Assembly (NCBI GenBank): GCA_016722635.1
Contig: JADKIX010000005.1
Coordinates: 15,484-79,483 of the forward strand
Length of the DNA stretch: 64,000 nucleotides
Reading direction: 5' to 3'
From: Rhodospirillaceae bacterium
GTDB taxonomy: Bacteria; Pseudomonadota; Alphaproteobacteria; JAEUKQ01
The notes beneath the pieces were generated by a model. That model saw nothing but the letters and a program-made list of their open reading frames with translations. It made no database searches and was not told where the DNA came from. This document shows positions 28,017 to 37,217 of this stretch, piece after piece. A program made the position numbers and the translations under genes. Each line of letters begins with the position of its first letter. The stretch's first letter is position 1.

Positions 28017-28476
28017 ATTTTTTCTCCCATGAAAAAAGAATGAAGTCTTCCTGGTTTTTTCCGTACTTTCGCAAAACGGCTTCGGGCTCTGCCCCCAAAT
28101 ATTTCAGCCAGCGATGAACCACTGGCCTATCCGCAATCGCCATACATTCCGCCCGGTGCGCGTGCTTTGATAAAATAAAGGGAATGAATTGGCGGCGGAG
28201 GTGACGGGTCACCTTGGCCCCAACCGCAGGCCAATCGTCCGTCGCAAACAGCCAGACCGACCATACGCCCGGCCACATTTCAACCGCACCGAAGGCGGCA
28301 ACGGGCGTATGGTCATGGCTGAGCGCCAATTGCCCAAAATTGGTGCCTTCATAGAGCTGCTGGGCAAATTCCTGCTCATCCTGCCGCCAGCGGGTGGCAA
28401 AAATCTCGCGCCGGTCATCTCTGCGCATATGCTGGACAACATATGCAAGGCTTGGCAAATGAAGCGGTTGGAACAT
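27997..28476 (-). CDS. Phage protein, possibly acyltransferase-like (DUF2833-type?)
   Basis: The start is at the internal Met MFQPLHLPSL. 159 aa. It is the first gene of the contiguous portal-to-lysis block. Confidence 0.3.
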   Translation of the reverse strand: MFQPLHLPSLAYVVQHMRRDDRREIFATRWRQDEQEFAQQLYEGTNFGQLALSHDHTPVAAFGAVEMWPGVWSVWLFATDDWPAVGAKVTRHLRRQFIPFILSKHAHRAECMAIADRPVVHRWLKYLGAEPEAVLRKYGKNQEDFILFSWEKKYVQRTI

Positions 28477-28770
28477 GCTGTGCCCCTGAAAAAGATAAAA
28501 TGAAAATTGTTGGGTAAAATAGCAGGCAGGCCATGGGCAAACCGAAACACCCGCCACCGCAGCCAAATGAATAATCAGGATATTTTTGAAAATATCATGG
28601 CCCTGAAGACAGATAAGGGCATCATCCGTTGCCTGGCAAAACGGTGCTTAGCTGATGAATGATTGATTTCAATTGCAGAAGGTCGATTGGCATAGGATGG
28701 ATTGCTTGGCCGCACGTATTCTTGACCTGGGTCATGTAAACTTGGGAAATTGAAAAACCGGGGATTGGGC

Positions 28771-28802
28771 AAAAAAAAACCAACACTCGTTAAAGTGTTG
28801 GT
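28771..28802 (-). terminator. Rho-independent terminator
   Basis: On the minus strand, an 8-bp stem ACCAACAC/GTGTTGGT with an 8-nt loop is followed by a run of nine T. Confidence 0.6.
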
Positions 28803-28879
28803 TCAACCTCTTCCCTGATAACATACGGTATACGTGTAAAAACTGCCTATTTATATTTATAATGTTCTTTAAACATCAT
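28771..28879 (-). ncRNA. Candidate ~110-nt small transcript (promoter-like box to terminator)
   Basis: Minus strand: TTGACA (28914-28909), a 17-nt spacer, then TATCGT (28891-28886). About 110 nt follow, ending in the terminator above. The only ORF inside is 10 codons. Confidence 0.25.
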
Positions 28880-29238
28880 ACTTTCACGATACCCACCTTT
28901 ATTACCAATGTCAATAAAAAAAATAAGGCATGTTTTATTGTTGCATTAAAAACTTAAAAAATTGCTGACCGTAAATATATCAGCCTGTTACGTGGCATTT
29001 GTAATAACTTATTTTTCATCAATTACCAGCATCATAAAGCTCCTTCCCTAAAAATGTGGTGGTGTTAGTATAGGGAATTTTCTTGCTTTTTCAAATATTG
29101 CTAGCCTTTGATAAAAAAATGAGCCAAATATTCCAACCAACGCAACGGGATGGCGCTTAAGGTACTGGGCCACAAGGTTAAACCGCCCTACACATTAAGG
29201 ATGGCGGATGAAATTATCCCTACCGAATGTTCCCCTGG

Positions 29239-29817
29239 TTAGCAGCCATAATCAACGGATAGATGAAAAATTTGTTGCAATAATTGTTGCGCCAACAATT
29301 CGGGGCGCACCCCTTGCACCGGCCATTTGCAACCTTGCTGGCTGGGTAATCCCGATTGCTGGCGCTTGTGAATGACATTCCCCGGTCCTTGGATAAAGCT
29401 TTCAAGCATGACATAGCTCCCCCCGCCTTGTTCCACCATCTGTCCAATCATCACCCCCCTTAATTGCTGCTGGTTTTGATCTATAATGGCTGCAAAACCG
29501 TAAGGACAAATTTCCTTAAATTTTTGTCCTGGCCCCAATTCCATGAGATTAGATGTTTTCCTACAATAATAACCCATGACAACAACCGCTTGGTCAACCT
29601 GTTGGCGGGTGATGGCCAGCGGCAGCTGATTCATATAAGACCAATTTTCTGGCCCAATCAATTTTTGCAACTGCTGCTGCCAATCTTCACCCCATATTGC
29701 CTGGAAGGACTGATGACCCTTAGAAATTCCCGGATCAGGCGATTGGGCGGCGGCGGGATAGGATGCCATCAGGCAAAAACAGCGAAGCCACAGAAGAACC
29801 CTAGATATTTTGATCAT
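29239..29817 (-). CDS. Exported Ivy-like protein, family 1 member A
   Basis: Internal Met with signal MIKISRVLLWLRCFCLMASYPAAA. Core VVVMGYYCRKTS...C and the C-terminal family motif. Confidence 0.5.
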   Translation of the reverse strand: MIKISRVLLWLRCFCLMASYPAAAQSPDPGISKGHQSFQAIWGEDWQQQLQKLIGPENWSYMNQLPLAITRQQVDQAVVVMGYYCRKTSNLMELGPGQKFKEICPYGFAAIIDQNQQQLRGVMIGQMVEQGGGSYVMLESFIQGPGNVIHKRQQSGLPSQQGCKWPVQGVRPELLAQQLLQQIFHLSVDYGC

Positions 29818-29942
29818 TCTTATCTTTTCCCCTTTGCCTGTTACCGATAAAAAATATTTCGCAGGATATACCAAAAGCCATAATCATGCCATAATCATCC
29901 GGTAATGATTTGTATGATGACCATTAAAAGGACTTTTTAGCT

Positions 29943-30566
29943 GTGAAAAATATTCCGCCCATCGTTTTACTACTTCTATCCTGTTTTTATTTCCCACAAC
30001 CAGCCAGCGCTTGTGAACCATCCCCTGCAGGGCTTCCTGCCCTTGATGCGTATATAGGCCATCCCTCCAACCACCGCATCCAAGCCCAATCACTGTCCTT
30101 CACTTTATTCGATGTAGCATCTTTCCAAATTTCCGCCAAATTTGCAGGCGATGACGGATGTATAGTGGCCGCAAAGATCAGCGAATTAGATGAAGGTGAT
30201 CATTTCCCGATTGTTGCCAAAATTGGCAATTGGTTGGTCGGGCAAAGTTACGGTTGTGACCATGATGGTTGTTATGATGTAGGCATGATTGCCTATAACA
30301 CCGTTTCCGGTGAGATCGGTGGATGCTTGATGGATGGCAAACAGGCCTATGACGGGGATTCGCCTTTTAAAATACCCGGTGAGAATCTGGTCATCTTCGG
30401 CTCAAAAGATGGCGGATATATGATCAACCTTAATCTTGGGAACACCAGTCAACTGCCCGGATATGTGTATGGTTGCGGCTCCCCCACTCAGGATGCCCAA
30501 CAGATTTTAACCCGTTGGCAATTCTTTGACCAAATCATGGCGCTGTCCAACCGGTTGGGCAAATAA
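29943..30566 (+). CDS. Exported Ivy-like protein, family 1 member B
   Basis: It has a signal peptide. The core NWLVGQSYGCDHDGCYDVGMIAY has the same strand-C-x4-C-strand layout as the Ivy CKPHDC loop. The C-terminus is YGCGSPTQDAQQILTRWQ. Confidence 0.55.
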   Translation: MKNIPPIVLLLLSCFYFPQPASACEPSPAGLPALDAYIGHPSNHRIQAQSLSFTLFDVASFQISAKFAGDDGCIVAAKISELDEGDHFPIVAKIGNWLVGQSYGCDHDGCYDVGMIAYNTVSGEIGGCLMDGKQAYDGDSPFKIPGENLVIFGSKDGGYMINLNLGNTSQLPGYVYGCGSPTQDAQQILTRWQFFDQIMALSNRLGK

Positions 30567-30585
30567 TTTTGAGGTGCTTGATCAC

Positions 30586-31305
30586 ATGATAGGAATTCGT
30601 TTTTATTTTGTTTTTATATTGGCTTTCGCTTTGCCTTTGATTAAAGTCCAGGGCCAAAATGTCAGCGCCAGTTGTGAATATGTAGGCGAATCTGCAGGCC
30701 AGCGGCAATATGATTGTAATTTAGGGGCAGCAACCATTGCCGATTGGGTGGGGTATTATCCCGGAGATATGAGAAGATTGGGTGCACAAGGCCAACAGGT
30801 GAATTTTTACCAATTCCTCCTGGGCCAGCCGGAACTTTTTGAAAATATTCCTGAACCCGACCTTGCTTACTTGCGGCAGCAGTTGCAGCAACAAGCGGAT
30901 GATTTGGTGCGGCAAATCCATACAGCCGACTTGTACCCTAAAATCACCCAAGTGCAAGATTGGGTGATCGTCCAAAGTTATCGCTGTGATCCCAACATGT
31001 GCGTTGATTTATCGGTTTTGATGGTTGATACCACGAACCAACATATCACTGTTTGTATCCTTTCCCTACCCTCTACCCTCATTTCCCTAAGCTCCCTGAC
31101 CCCTGCCCTGATTGGGGAACTGGCAGTGCAAATCTTCACCTCATTTCCAGATAGGAAGGGATACAGCTTTTCAAGGCCCATGCAGGAATTGCGACAAGAA
31201 CCAGGATATGCTTGCGGCAACCCCAGCCATAATCCCTCACTAATCCTTAAAAATTTGCAAATGCTTGAAAAAAACTTGATTGAGCACGATCCCCATCATC
31301 CATAA
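30586..31305 (+). CDS. Exported Ivy-like protein, family 1 member C
   Basis: Internal Met with signal MIGIRFYFVFILAFALPLIKVQG. Core WVIVQSYRCDPNMCVDLSVLMVD. Confidence 0.55.
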   Translation: MIGIRFYFVFILAFALPLIKVQGQNVSASCEYVGESAGQRQYDCNLGAATIADWVGYYPGDMRRLGAQGQQVNFYQFLLGQPELFENIPEPDLAYLRQQLQQQADDLVRQIHTADLYPKITQVQDWVIVQSYRCDPNMCVDLSVLMVDTTNQHITVCILSLPSTLISLSSLTPALIGELAVQIFTSFPDRKGYSFSRPMQELRQEPGYACGNPSHNPSLILKNLQMLEKNLIEHDPHHP

Positions 31306-31402
31306 AAATTCAGGAGTAGATCATGATGCAGCTCGCCTCTTTTTTTAGCCTTTTTCTTCTATCCGTTGGTTAAGAAGAATAGGTTTAACTTTACTTTTAT
31401 TA

Positions 31403-32020
31403 ATGGCGTCAATTCCCTCCCCCGTGTTTGCGGACGAATATTACACCCTCAGTGGCTGGGTGGGGCAAAATCCTTTCGCAGGCACGGGAAATAAGCAGGG
31501 GAAAATCTTATATGAAGATCCGCAATTCAAGGCGATTTTTTTACATTTGCTTGAGGCAAATATGCCTCCCCTAATGGCAGAACAATTATGGCAAAGCATC
31601 TTGAAGCAAGATTCTTACGCGCAAGTGGTGAAAGTTGATAATTTTGTCCTGGTGATGGGATTTAATTGCAGATGGCAAGGCTGCCCGGAACATCATGTCT
31701 TTTTTTACGAAGAAATTGGCGATGGCGCCCGGGTAGGTATCTGCACCTCTGTTTTAGAGCCAGCGAGTGCCAGTCAAGATCAGAACGGTGTCATTGCACA
31801 AAAATTCCGCCAGCGCTTGCAATTTTATGGTTCTGGCTGGCCGGGATCGGTTGATATCCGTTTTTCCCCACTAGCCGCCTTTCCTGATATGCGCGGCAGG
31901 TTCTCACCTACCCCCGGCGGCAGGGGTTGCTTCGGCAGTGGCCTTCCCACCCCCAACCCTGCAACCGCTTTGCAAATATGGCAAGAAATAGGACAAAAAA
32001 TGCAATTAGGGTTACCGTAG
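31403..32020 (+). CDS. Ivy-like protein, family 1 member D (N-terminal signal apparently disrupted)
   Basis: Core FVLVMGFNCRWQGCPEHHVFFYE. The upstream frame reads ..RRIGLTLLLLMASIPSPVFA without a start codon, and a separate short ORF MMQLASFFSLFLLSVG (31323-) lies in another frame. Confidence 0.5.
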   Translation: MASIPSPVFADEYYTLSGWVGQNPFAGTGNKQGKILYEDPQFKAIFLHLLEANMPPLMAEQLWQSILKQDSYAQVVKVDNFVLVMGFNCRWQGCPEHHVFFYEEIGDGARVGICTSVLEPASASQDQNGVIAQKFRQRLQFYGSGWPGSVDIRFSPLAAFPDMRGRFSPTPGGRGCFGSGLPTPNPATALQIWQEIGQKMQLGLP

Positions 32021-32188
32021 AAGTAAGGTTTCTTATCTCCATTATCCCTCCATAATAACCTCAGCAAAGATACGGCGATATTTATCGTTAAAATGGAAAA
32101 TAGTGTTTGGTCGCCGGTGGTTAATGCTGCATCGAATATAGGCTATTTACTGTTCTTTAGTCAATCGGTCCCGGTTGAGGAGGCCGAT

Positions 32189-33100
32189 TTACAATTGGCC
32201 TTTCTTTTCCATAAATTTTTCAAGCTGTTCCAACCGGTTGGCAATGGGCGGATGGCTGTTGGTATACATAACCATAAACCCGTATCTGGGGCGATATTCA
32301 ATCTGGCTAATATCTTCAAAAAATTCTCGTAACCCGGCCGCATAGCCCAGTTCAGCCGAAAAACGGTCGGCACGGAATTCCACGCGTCGGCTGTTTAAAG
32401 AAACAATGAACCAGGCTATCCCTTCAATCATCTTGCTAACCCCTGCCAATAACATAAAGGGCAGCAAGGCCATTAGGATAAAGCCACTGATAGCACCCTC
32501 ACTATCATCGTTATCATCCTTTTTTCTTTTCTTCGGTGGTTCATCCGCCATAAAAATAGCGACAATGCCCCCGAATATCCGTGCTAACAAATTAATCCCC
32601 CGCATTGCCATTAGCAGCGCCGAGTCACCATGGTATAAATGGCCCAATTCATGCCCGATCACCGCGGCAATTTGGTCATCATCGCTTGCCAAAAGCCCCT
32701 GGGTCAAAATAAGGGTGGAATGGCCCAGGGCCTGCGCTTGGGGTATGGGATCATCGATAATATATAATTTGACTTTTTTGTTTTTCCCTGTCCTTTGCCG
32801 GTAGCGGCGCATGATTTCCTGCATCAAGGGCTGCAAGCGTTCTTTTTCCCTTTTAACCAGCCGACGCATGGGGAAAAACAGGCGCGAAAACCACTCATTT
32901 AATGGCGAGGCGCCAATAACCGCTAAAATGACAATAACAGCAATGGACATGCCCATCCACCATAATGGGCCAAATTGAGCTTCAAAGGATGATCTTGGCA
33001 ATATTTTATCGCCCTGCGATACCCCTATGACGAAACATCCTATCTGCCAAACAAACAGCCAGTTGGCAAAAGCAGTCACGGTAATAGCAAAATAACGCAT
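32189..33100 (-). CDS. Polytopic M48-family (HtpX-like) zinc metalloprotease
   Basis: 303 aa. It carries HELGHLYHGD (HExxH), the downstream EFRADRFSA, SHPPIANR and about four hydrophobic helices. The start lies 3 nt after the stop of 33104-34939. Confidence 0.8.
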   Translation of the reverse strand: MRYFAITVTAFANWLFVWQIGCFVIGVSQGDKILPRSSFEAQFGPLWWMGMSIAVIVILAVIGASPLNEWFSRLFFPMRRLVKREKERLQPLMQEIMRRYRQRTGKNKKVKLYIIDDPIPQAQALGHSTLILTQGLLASDDDQIAAVIGHELGHLYHGDSALLMAMRGINLLARIFGGIVAIFMADEPPKKRKKDDNDDSEGAISGFILMALLPFMLLAGVSKMIEGIAWFIVSLNSRRVEFRADRFSAELGYAAGLREFFEDISQIEYRPRYGFMVMYTNSHPPIANRLEQLEKFMEKKGQL

Positions 33101-33103
33101 GGG

Positions 33104-34939
33104 TTACCCCTGTTCTTGTAATATATTGCTTAAAGAAAGGCGAAGTTTATATAGCTTATGATCACTTTTCGTTACCATCACTGCCTCACCAAGCTTCAGC
33201 CGTTTTATTTCATCCGGCTGGATAACGTAATCCCGAACCCGGCGGACCCCATCCTGGCTATCTAACCAAGTTAGCTGATATTTTTCCTTCATCCCGATCA
33301 CTTCAACCAACATCCGGGCATCATCTGGGTTATTCTGCCGCTGGATGATATAATTGTTGCAATTGGCAATCACCTGACTTAATAGATAATCCCTGTATTC
33401 AGGCTGGGAACGCGCAATATCGCCAAGGCTTTGCGCGGTTACAACCATATTAAAGCCAGCGGCCCGGGATTGATTCAATAAACCAATTAATGGCGGGCCC
33501 GCTAAGGGGCCCAGTTCATCAACAATCACAAAGAAATTGTCTTTGATGGTTTTTTGTAATTGTTGGGCGGCAAAGGCTTTTAGATCGCTTAAGATCAATT
33601 GCATCAATTTGGATAAAATCGCTGGCATGTCCAAGCTTGGTAAACTGAAACAGATCACCGCCCCCTGCTGAATGGCTTGAGGAATTACCAAATGGCTGGG
33701 ATTTGGGGGCGATGTCGATTGCTGAGACGGCCCTGATGAACGGAAAACATGGCCAATCTGGGAATGAACCAGCCCCTGCAGGTGCCGCTGAACCTCTTCA
33801 AGCGTTTCTGGCGGAATCAATGGCTCTTCCGCTGGTTGATTAAACTGGATTACCCTGCCATCCCGGGAAGCAGGTTTTTGCTCCTGCAGCAGTTTCTTTA
33901 AAACCCCTGGGCGGATGTAGGTAGAAATTTCGCCTAGGTTGGGTTGCATCCCCAACCACTCAAAAACAGAAAACATGAACGCTAAATAGTTTAAAACTGC
34001 CTGGTCAGCCGCCAAACCGCTGTCCAGCAATAAGGCTAACCGTTCGGCCTTTGCTGAAAAACCACCTGTGATAAAAGGATGATAGGTTGTCAGGGTATGA
34101 ATGCCTATAACGTAACAAGGACGGCCTGATTTTTTGGCGTAGCTTGCAATATTATCCACCAAAACACGGTCGCCTTTGCCATCCATATAAAGGATCGGTT
34201 TTGCCCGGTTAATGGCGCTTTCCATGATCATGCAGGAAAGATTGGTTTTACCGCTTCCGGTCGTTCCCAAGATGAGGGTATGGGTATTCGCTTGCAGGTC
34301 TGTTAAATAAACAGCTGCGCCCGAATTTTTATCTTTGCCAATGAACGTACGGCCCGAATCTTCGATCGGTTTAGCGGCGCCAACCTGATTGTTGCTGGCG
34401 CGGGCGGTAAATAATTGGGGTGGCACCAACAGGTTTTCCGTGACCGCTTTCCCGTGAAACAGCCATCGCCAAGGCCGATGGGTATAAAATTCCCAGATTA
34501 ACAGCATAAGACCCGTACACAAGAAGGCAATTGGGATAAATTCTATCCAATTCCTGGTATCTTGCATCCAAACCCAGAACCCTTTTCCCCATAAACTTAC
34601 CCAAATTTTGGCCAGCTGGATTTTGCCTTGGAACAATTTATCTAAGCTAAACCCTGCCAAGGCCTGTTCATAGGCAATCCCAACCCGTTTTAACGGGGCA
34701 GCCAGCCACTGCCATTTCAAAACCCAGCCTATGCGCCAAAGACCCGTAACAAAGGCCAAAGCAATAAAAAACACCCCCCCTCCATAGCGGACATGCAAGA
34801 AACGGCTTCCTATAAAAAGCAGCAATGTCATCAGAAAACCAAGGGGCCCGGCAATAGCTAGGACAGCGCCCAGCATTCCCACCATCAACACTCCCCCAAG
34901 TAGGTTATAAAAAAAACGGATGCTGAAAAATGACGACAT
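33104..34939 (-). CDS. Membrane-anchored TraD/TraG/VirD4-like (T4CP-like) P-loop NTPase
   Basis: 611 aa with about four N-terminal TM helices. Walker A is LILGTTGSGKTN and Walker B is FFVIVDELGPL. The block VVTAQSLGDI...NCNNYIIQRQNNPDDARMLVEVIG is typical of coupling proteins. Confidence 0.7.
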   Translation of the reverse strand: MSSFFSIRFFYNLLGGVLMVGMLGAVLAIAGPLGFLMTLLLFIGSRFLHVRYGGGVFFIALAFVTGLWRIGWVLKWQWLAAPLKRVGIAYEQALAGFSLDKLFQGKIQLAKIWVSLWGKGFWVWMQDTRNWIEFIPIAFLCTGLMLLIWEFYTHRPWRWLFHGKAVTENLLVPPQLFTARASNNQVGAAKPIEDSGRTFIGKDKNSGAAVYLTDLQANTHTLILGTTGSGKTNLSCMIMESAINRAKPILYMDGKGDRVLVDNIASYAKKSGRPCYVIGIHTLTTYHPFITGGFSAKAERLALLLDSGLAADQAVLNYLAFMFSVFEWLGMQPNLGEISTYIRPGVLKKLLQEQKPASRDGRVIQFNQPAEEPLIPPETLEEVQRHLQGLVHSQIGHVFRSSGPSQQSTSPPNPSHLVIPQAIQQGAVICFSLPSLDMPAILSKLMQLILSDLKAFAAQQLQKTIKDNFFVIVDELGPLAGPPLIGLLNQSRAAGFNMVVTAQSLGDIARSQPEYRDYLLSQVIANCNNYIIQRQNNPDDARMLVEVIGMKEKYQLTWLDSQDGVRRVRDYVIQPDEIKRLKLGEAVMVTKSDHKLYKLRLSLSNILQEQG

Positions 34940-35195
34940 TCTGAACCTATGCCAAAGCCAGTACGCAGGAAAAGCGGTGATTAGAAAAAGCTATTTCATC
35001 TTAATAAGCGCTGGGCGCTTTATCAATATTTTATTTTCTGATGATGAATTGCCAGCAACCAGGCGGTGATCCTGTGACAAGTGGTTCCATGCCATGATAG
35101 GCGTTGCATAAAAAATTCCGCAAGCGCAGGTTTTTTTCAATTGCCGCGTCTTATTTAGTAACAAGGTTATTTTATCTTTTACATGAAGGAGATAT

Positions 35196-35672
35196 TTGAT
35201 GAATTCTTTCCTACGGTATTCTTGCATTGCCACATTCACGTCGATTCTGATGGGAACGAGTGCCATGGCCCAAAAGCCCGAACAAAACCCGGGCCATACC
35301 CCGCCAAGCGGCCAGACGATGTTTAATTATTTGGATAAAAACGGCGATGGCACTATCAGCCGGGAAGAATTTGACAAAGCCCGTCAAGAACGCCAAAACC
35401 GTCAGCAACAAAGTGGCGGACAGCACCGCGAGCTTGGTGATAACCGCACCCCTTACCAAGCACAAGGCAACCACCAACAGGGGGATGGTCACCATCATGA
35501 GCAGCGCCAGCGTTGGATAAACGTGATGTATGACCGGGCTGATCGCAACCAAGATGGCGTGGTTAGCAAGGGGGAATTTTTGATCCGGGCAGAAAAATTG
35601 TTTGAGCGTCTGGATAAGAATGAGGATGGGTTATTGCAGAAAAATGAATTGAAGCACTCAAAAAATCAATAA
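35196..35672 (+). CDS. Exported EF-hand calcium-binding protein
   Basis: SD AAGGAG and a signal peptide. Three EF loops: DKNGDGTISREEF, DRNQDGVVSKGEF and DKNEDGLLQKNEL. Confidence 0.75.
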   Translation: MMNSFLRYSCIATFTSILMGTSAMAQKPEQNPGHTPPSGQTMFNYLDKNGDGTISREEFDKARQERQNRQQQSGGQHRELGDNRTPYQAQGNHQQGDGHHHEQRQRWINVMYDRADRNQDGVVSKGEFLIRAEKLFERLDKNEDGLLQKNELKHSKNQ

Positions 35673-35853
35673 AATATCAAGGAAAATTGCGGGTTCCTGA
35701 CCTCATCGATAACCGATTATTGTTACTAAGGGGAAATTGGCCAGATGACAAGCCGGTTTCCCCTTGATCAATCGGACATAACCAGAAACCTAACTTGATA
35801 TCACGACCCGTTTAGGATTATCCTGAGAACTCGCCACCTGAACCCCGTGGTTC

Positions 35854-36429
35854 TTATTTCCCCAGCAATATTTGCAACGCTTGCCATTGTTTAATCGCCT
35901 TTTCCGCATCACCGTGGCCACAATCAGCGAATTGGTCGGTTGCATTGAAAACTAATTGACCGGCAGGAATATAATATTGCACTTTAACCAGGGTAATATG
36001 TAAGGGGCGATCTTTACCCGAAGGTTCATTGGCATCGGGATAATACGGGTATACCCGGCTATGTGATGCTAAACAAACCCCTGCCACTTGCTGGGTAGTC
36101 GTGTCTAGAAAAATACTCAGATCCGTATCGCCCGGATTATTTTTCAAATGGCCGCTAACCACCAGCCAATGATCCATTTGACCGACCGGTTGGGCAAAAA
36201 CATAGGTTTTCCAAAGTTCGTTCCACTGCTGCAATGGGATCAGCTGTTCAATACCTTGCCGAAAGGTTGGATGTTCAAACAAGGTCATGCCCAAAATTTC
36301 TTGATCCGGCTGACTGCCAACCCATTTTTCAAATTTCGGCAATTGGCTAAGCACGCGCGCATCAAGCGGCTGGGACAAAATTGCCAAACTTAAACATATC
36401 AAAACGAAGCCATATAATTTTTTGATCAT
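35854..36429 (-). CDS. Exported Ivy-like protein, family 1 member E (loop cysteines lost)
   Basis: It has a signal peptide and the same layout (HPTFRQGIEQL...WLVVSGHLKNNPGDTDLSIFLD). The C-terminus FADCGHGDAEKAIKQWQALQ matches the family. Confidence 0.45.
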   Translation of the reverse strand: MIKKLYGFVLICLSLAILSQPLDARVLSQLPKFEKWVGSQPDQEILGMTLFEHPTFRQGIEQLIPLQQWNELWKTYVFAQPVGQMDHWLVVSGHLKNNPGDTDLSIFLDTTTQQVAGVCLASHSRVYPYYPDANEPSGKDRPLHITLVKVQYYIPAGQLVFNATDQFADCGHGDAEKAIKQWQALQILLGK

Positions 36430-36473
36430 CGCCTCTCACTTTCTTTTTAGTCAGGTTACGACGCAGCTTAGGC

Positions 36474-36597
36474 TTATTTCCGCACTAATTTCAGAACTTC
36501 TTGCCATTGACGGATCACTTGTTGCAAGTCATCACCCCCACAATTCTCAACAGAGCATGCTTAAAATGACCATAAGATAACAATAAAAGCGTTTCAT
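36474..36597 (-). pseudogene. Remnant of a family 1 gene (signal peptide fused out of frame to the C-terminal motif)
   Basis: MKRFYCYLMVILSMLC ends in a stop. The next frame reads ENCGGDDLQQVIRQWQEVLKLVRK, which matches the C-terminus of 35854-36429. Confidence 0.45.
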
Positions 36598-36614
36598 CAT
36601 CCCCATATTCCCTC

Positions 36615-37004
36615 TCAATAGGGCAATGGATGGGTTTGATAGAAATCATGGCAAGCTTGCTTCTTTTCTACACTAATGATACCCAGCGTCAGCATCTCCT
36701 CACAAAAACTTTGGGACGTGAGGGGGATATAGGGACCAACTAAATCTCTTCCATAGAACCTTCTTTTAACAGCCCCATCCGCCAATACAGATTCGCAGGT
36801 GGTCAATTCTTGATCAGCTTCATTGGCAAAATCTTGTAAAGTCACCCCCTCTTTTAATAACCCAGCATCCTTTAATGCCTGGCAATAGGGCTGCATATTT
36901 GCTTCAACGCAGGGCAAACAAATTTTTATTGCCAGCAATCCGGTAATTGGCATCACGCTTAGGATCATTGCTAAAAATACAGTTCTTATCTTCCTGATTC
37001 CCAT
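36615..37004 (-). CDS. Exported Cys-rich small protein
   Basis: 129 aa with an N-terminal hydrophobic anchor or signal and seven Cys. Confidence 0.45.
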   Translation of the reverse strand: MGIRKIRTVFLAMILSVMPITGLLAIKICLPCVEANMQPYCQALKDAGLLKEGVTLQDFANEADQELTTCESVLADGAVKRRFYGRDLVGPYIPLTSQSFCEEMLTLGIISVEKKQACHDFYQTHPLPY

Positions 37005-37217
37005 TTTCCTTACCCATCATCATTAAAGTTACAGCCTATATAATCCTTAATTATGGCTTTTTTGTGGCACTCCGATCAACCCCTAGCCAATGCCGCCGTT
37101 TTCTATATTATCCAGCTTAGAACCTGTTTTTTGCTTGACCTTTCCCCATCTGTAACTTGACTTATGCCTAAAATATATTGAAGATGCGCTAGGTGTTGCA
37201 AAAAATGGTGAGAACAG

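Noticed and set aside
33104-34939. The T4CP-like ATPase might mark an integrative conjugative element.
   Set aside because: No relaxase, VirB4/TraC, pilin, oriT-like repeat or integrase is visible in the 64 kb. The gene is embedded in phage packaging and head modules, so I treat it as an orphan pair rather than a conjugation system.
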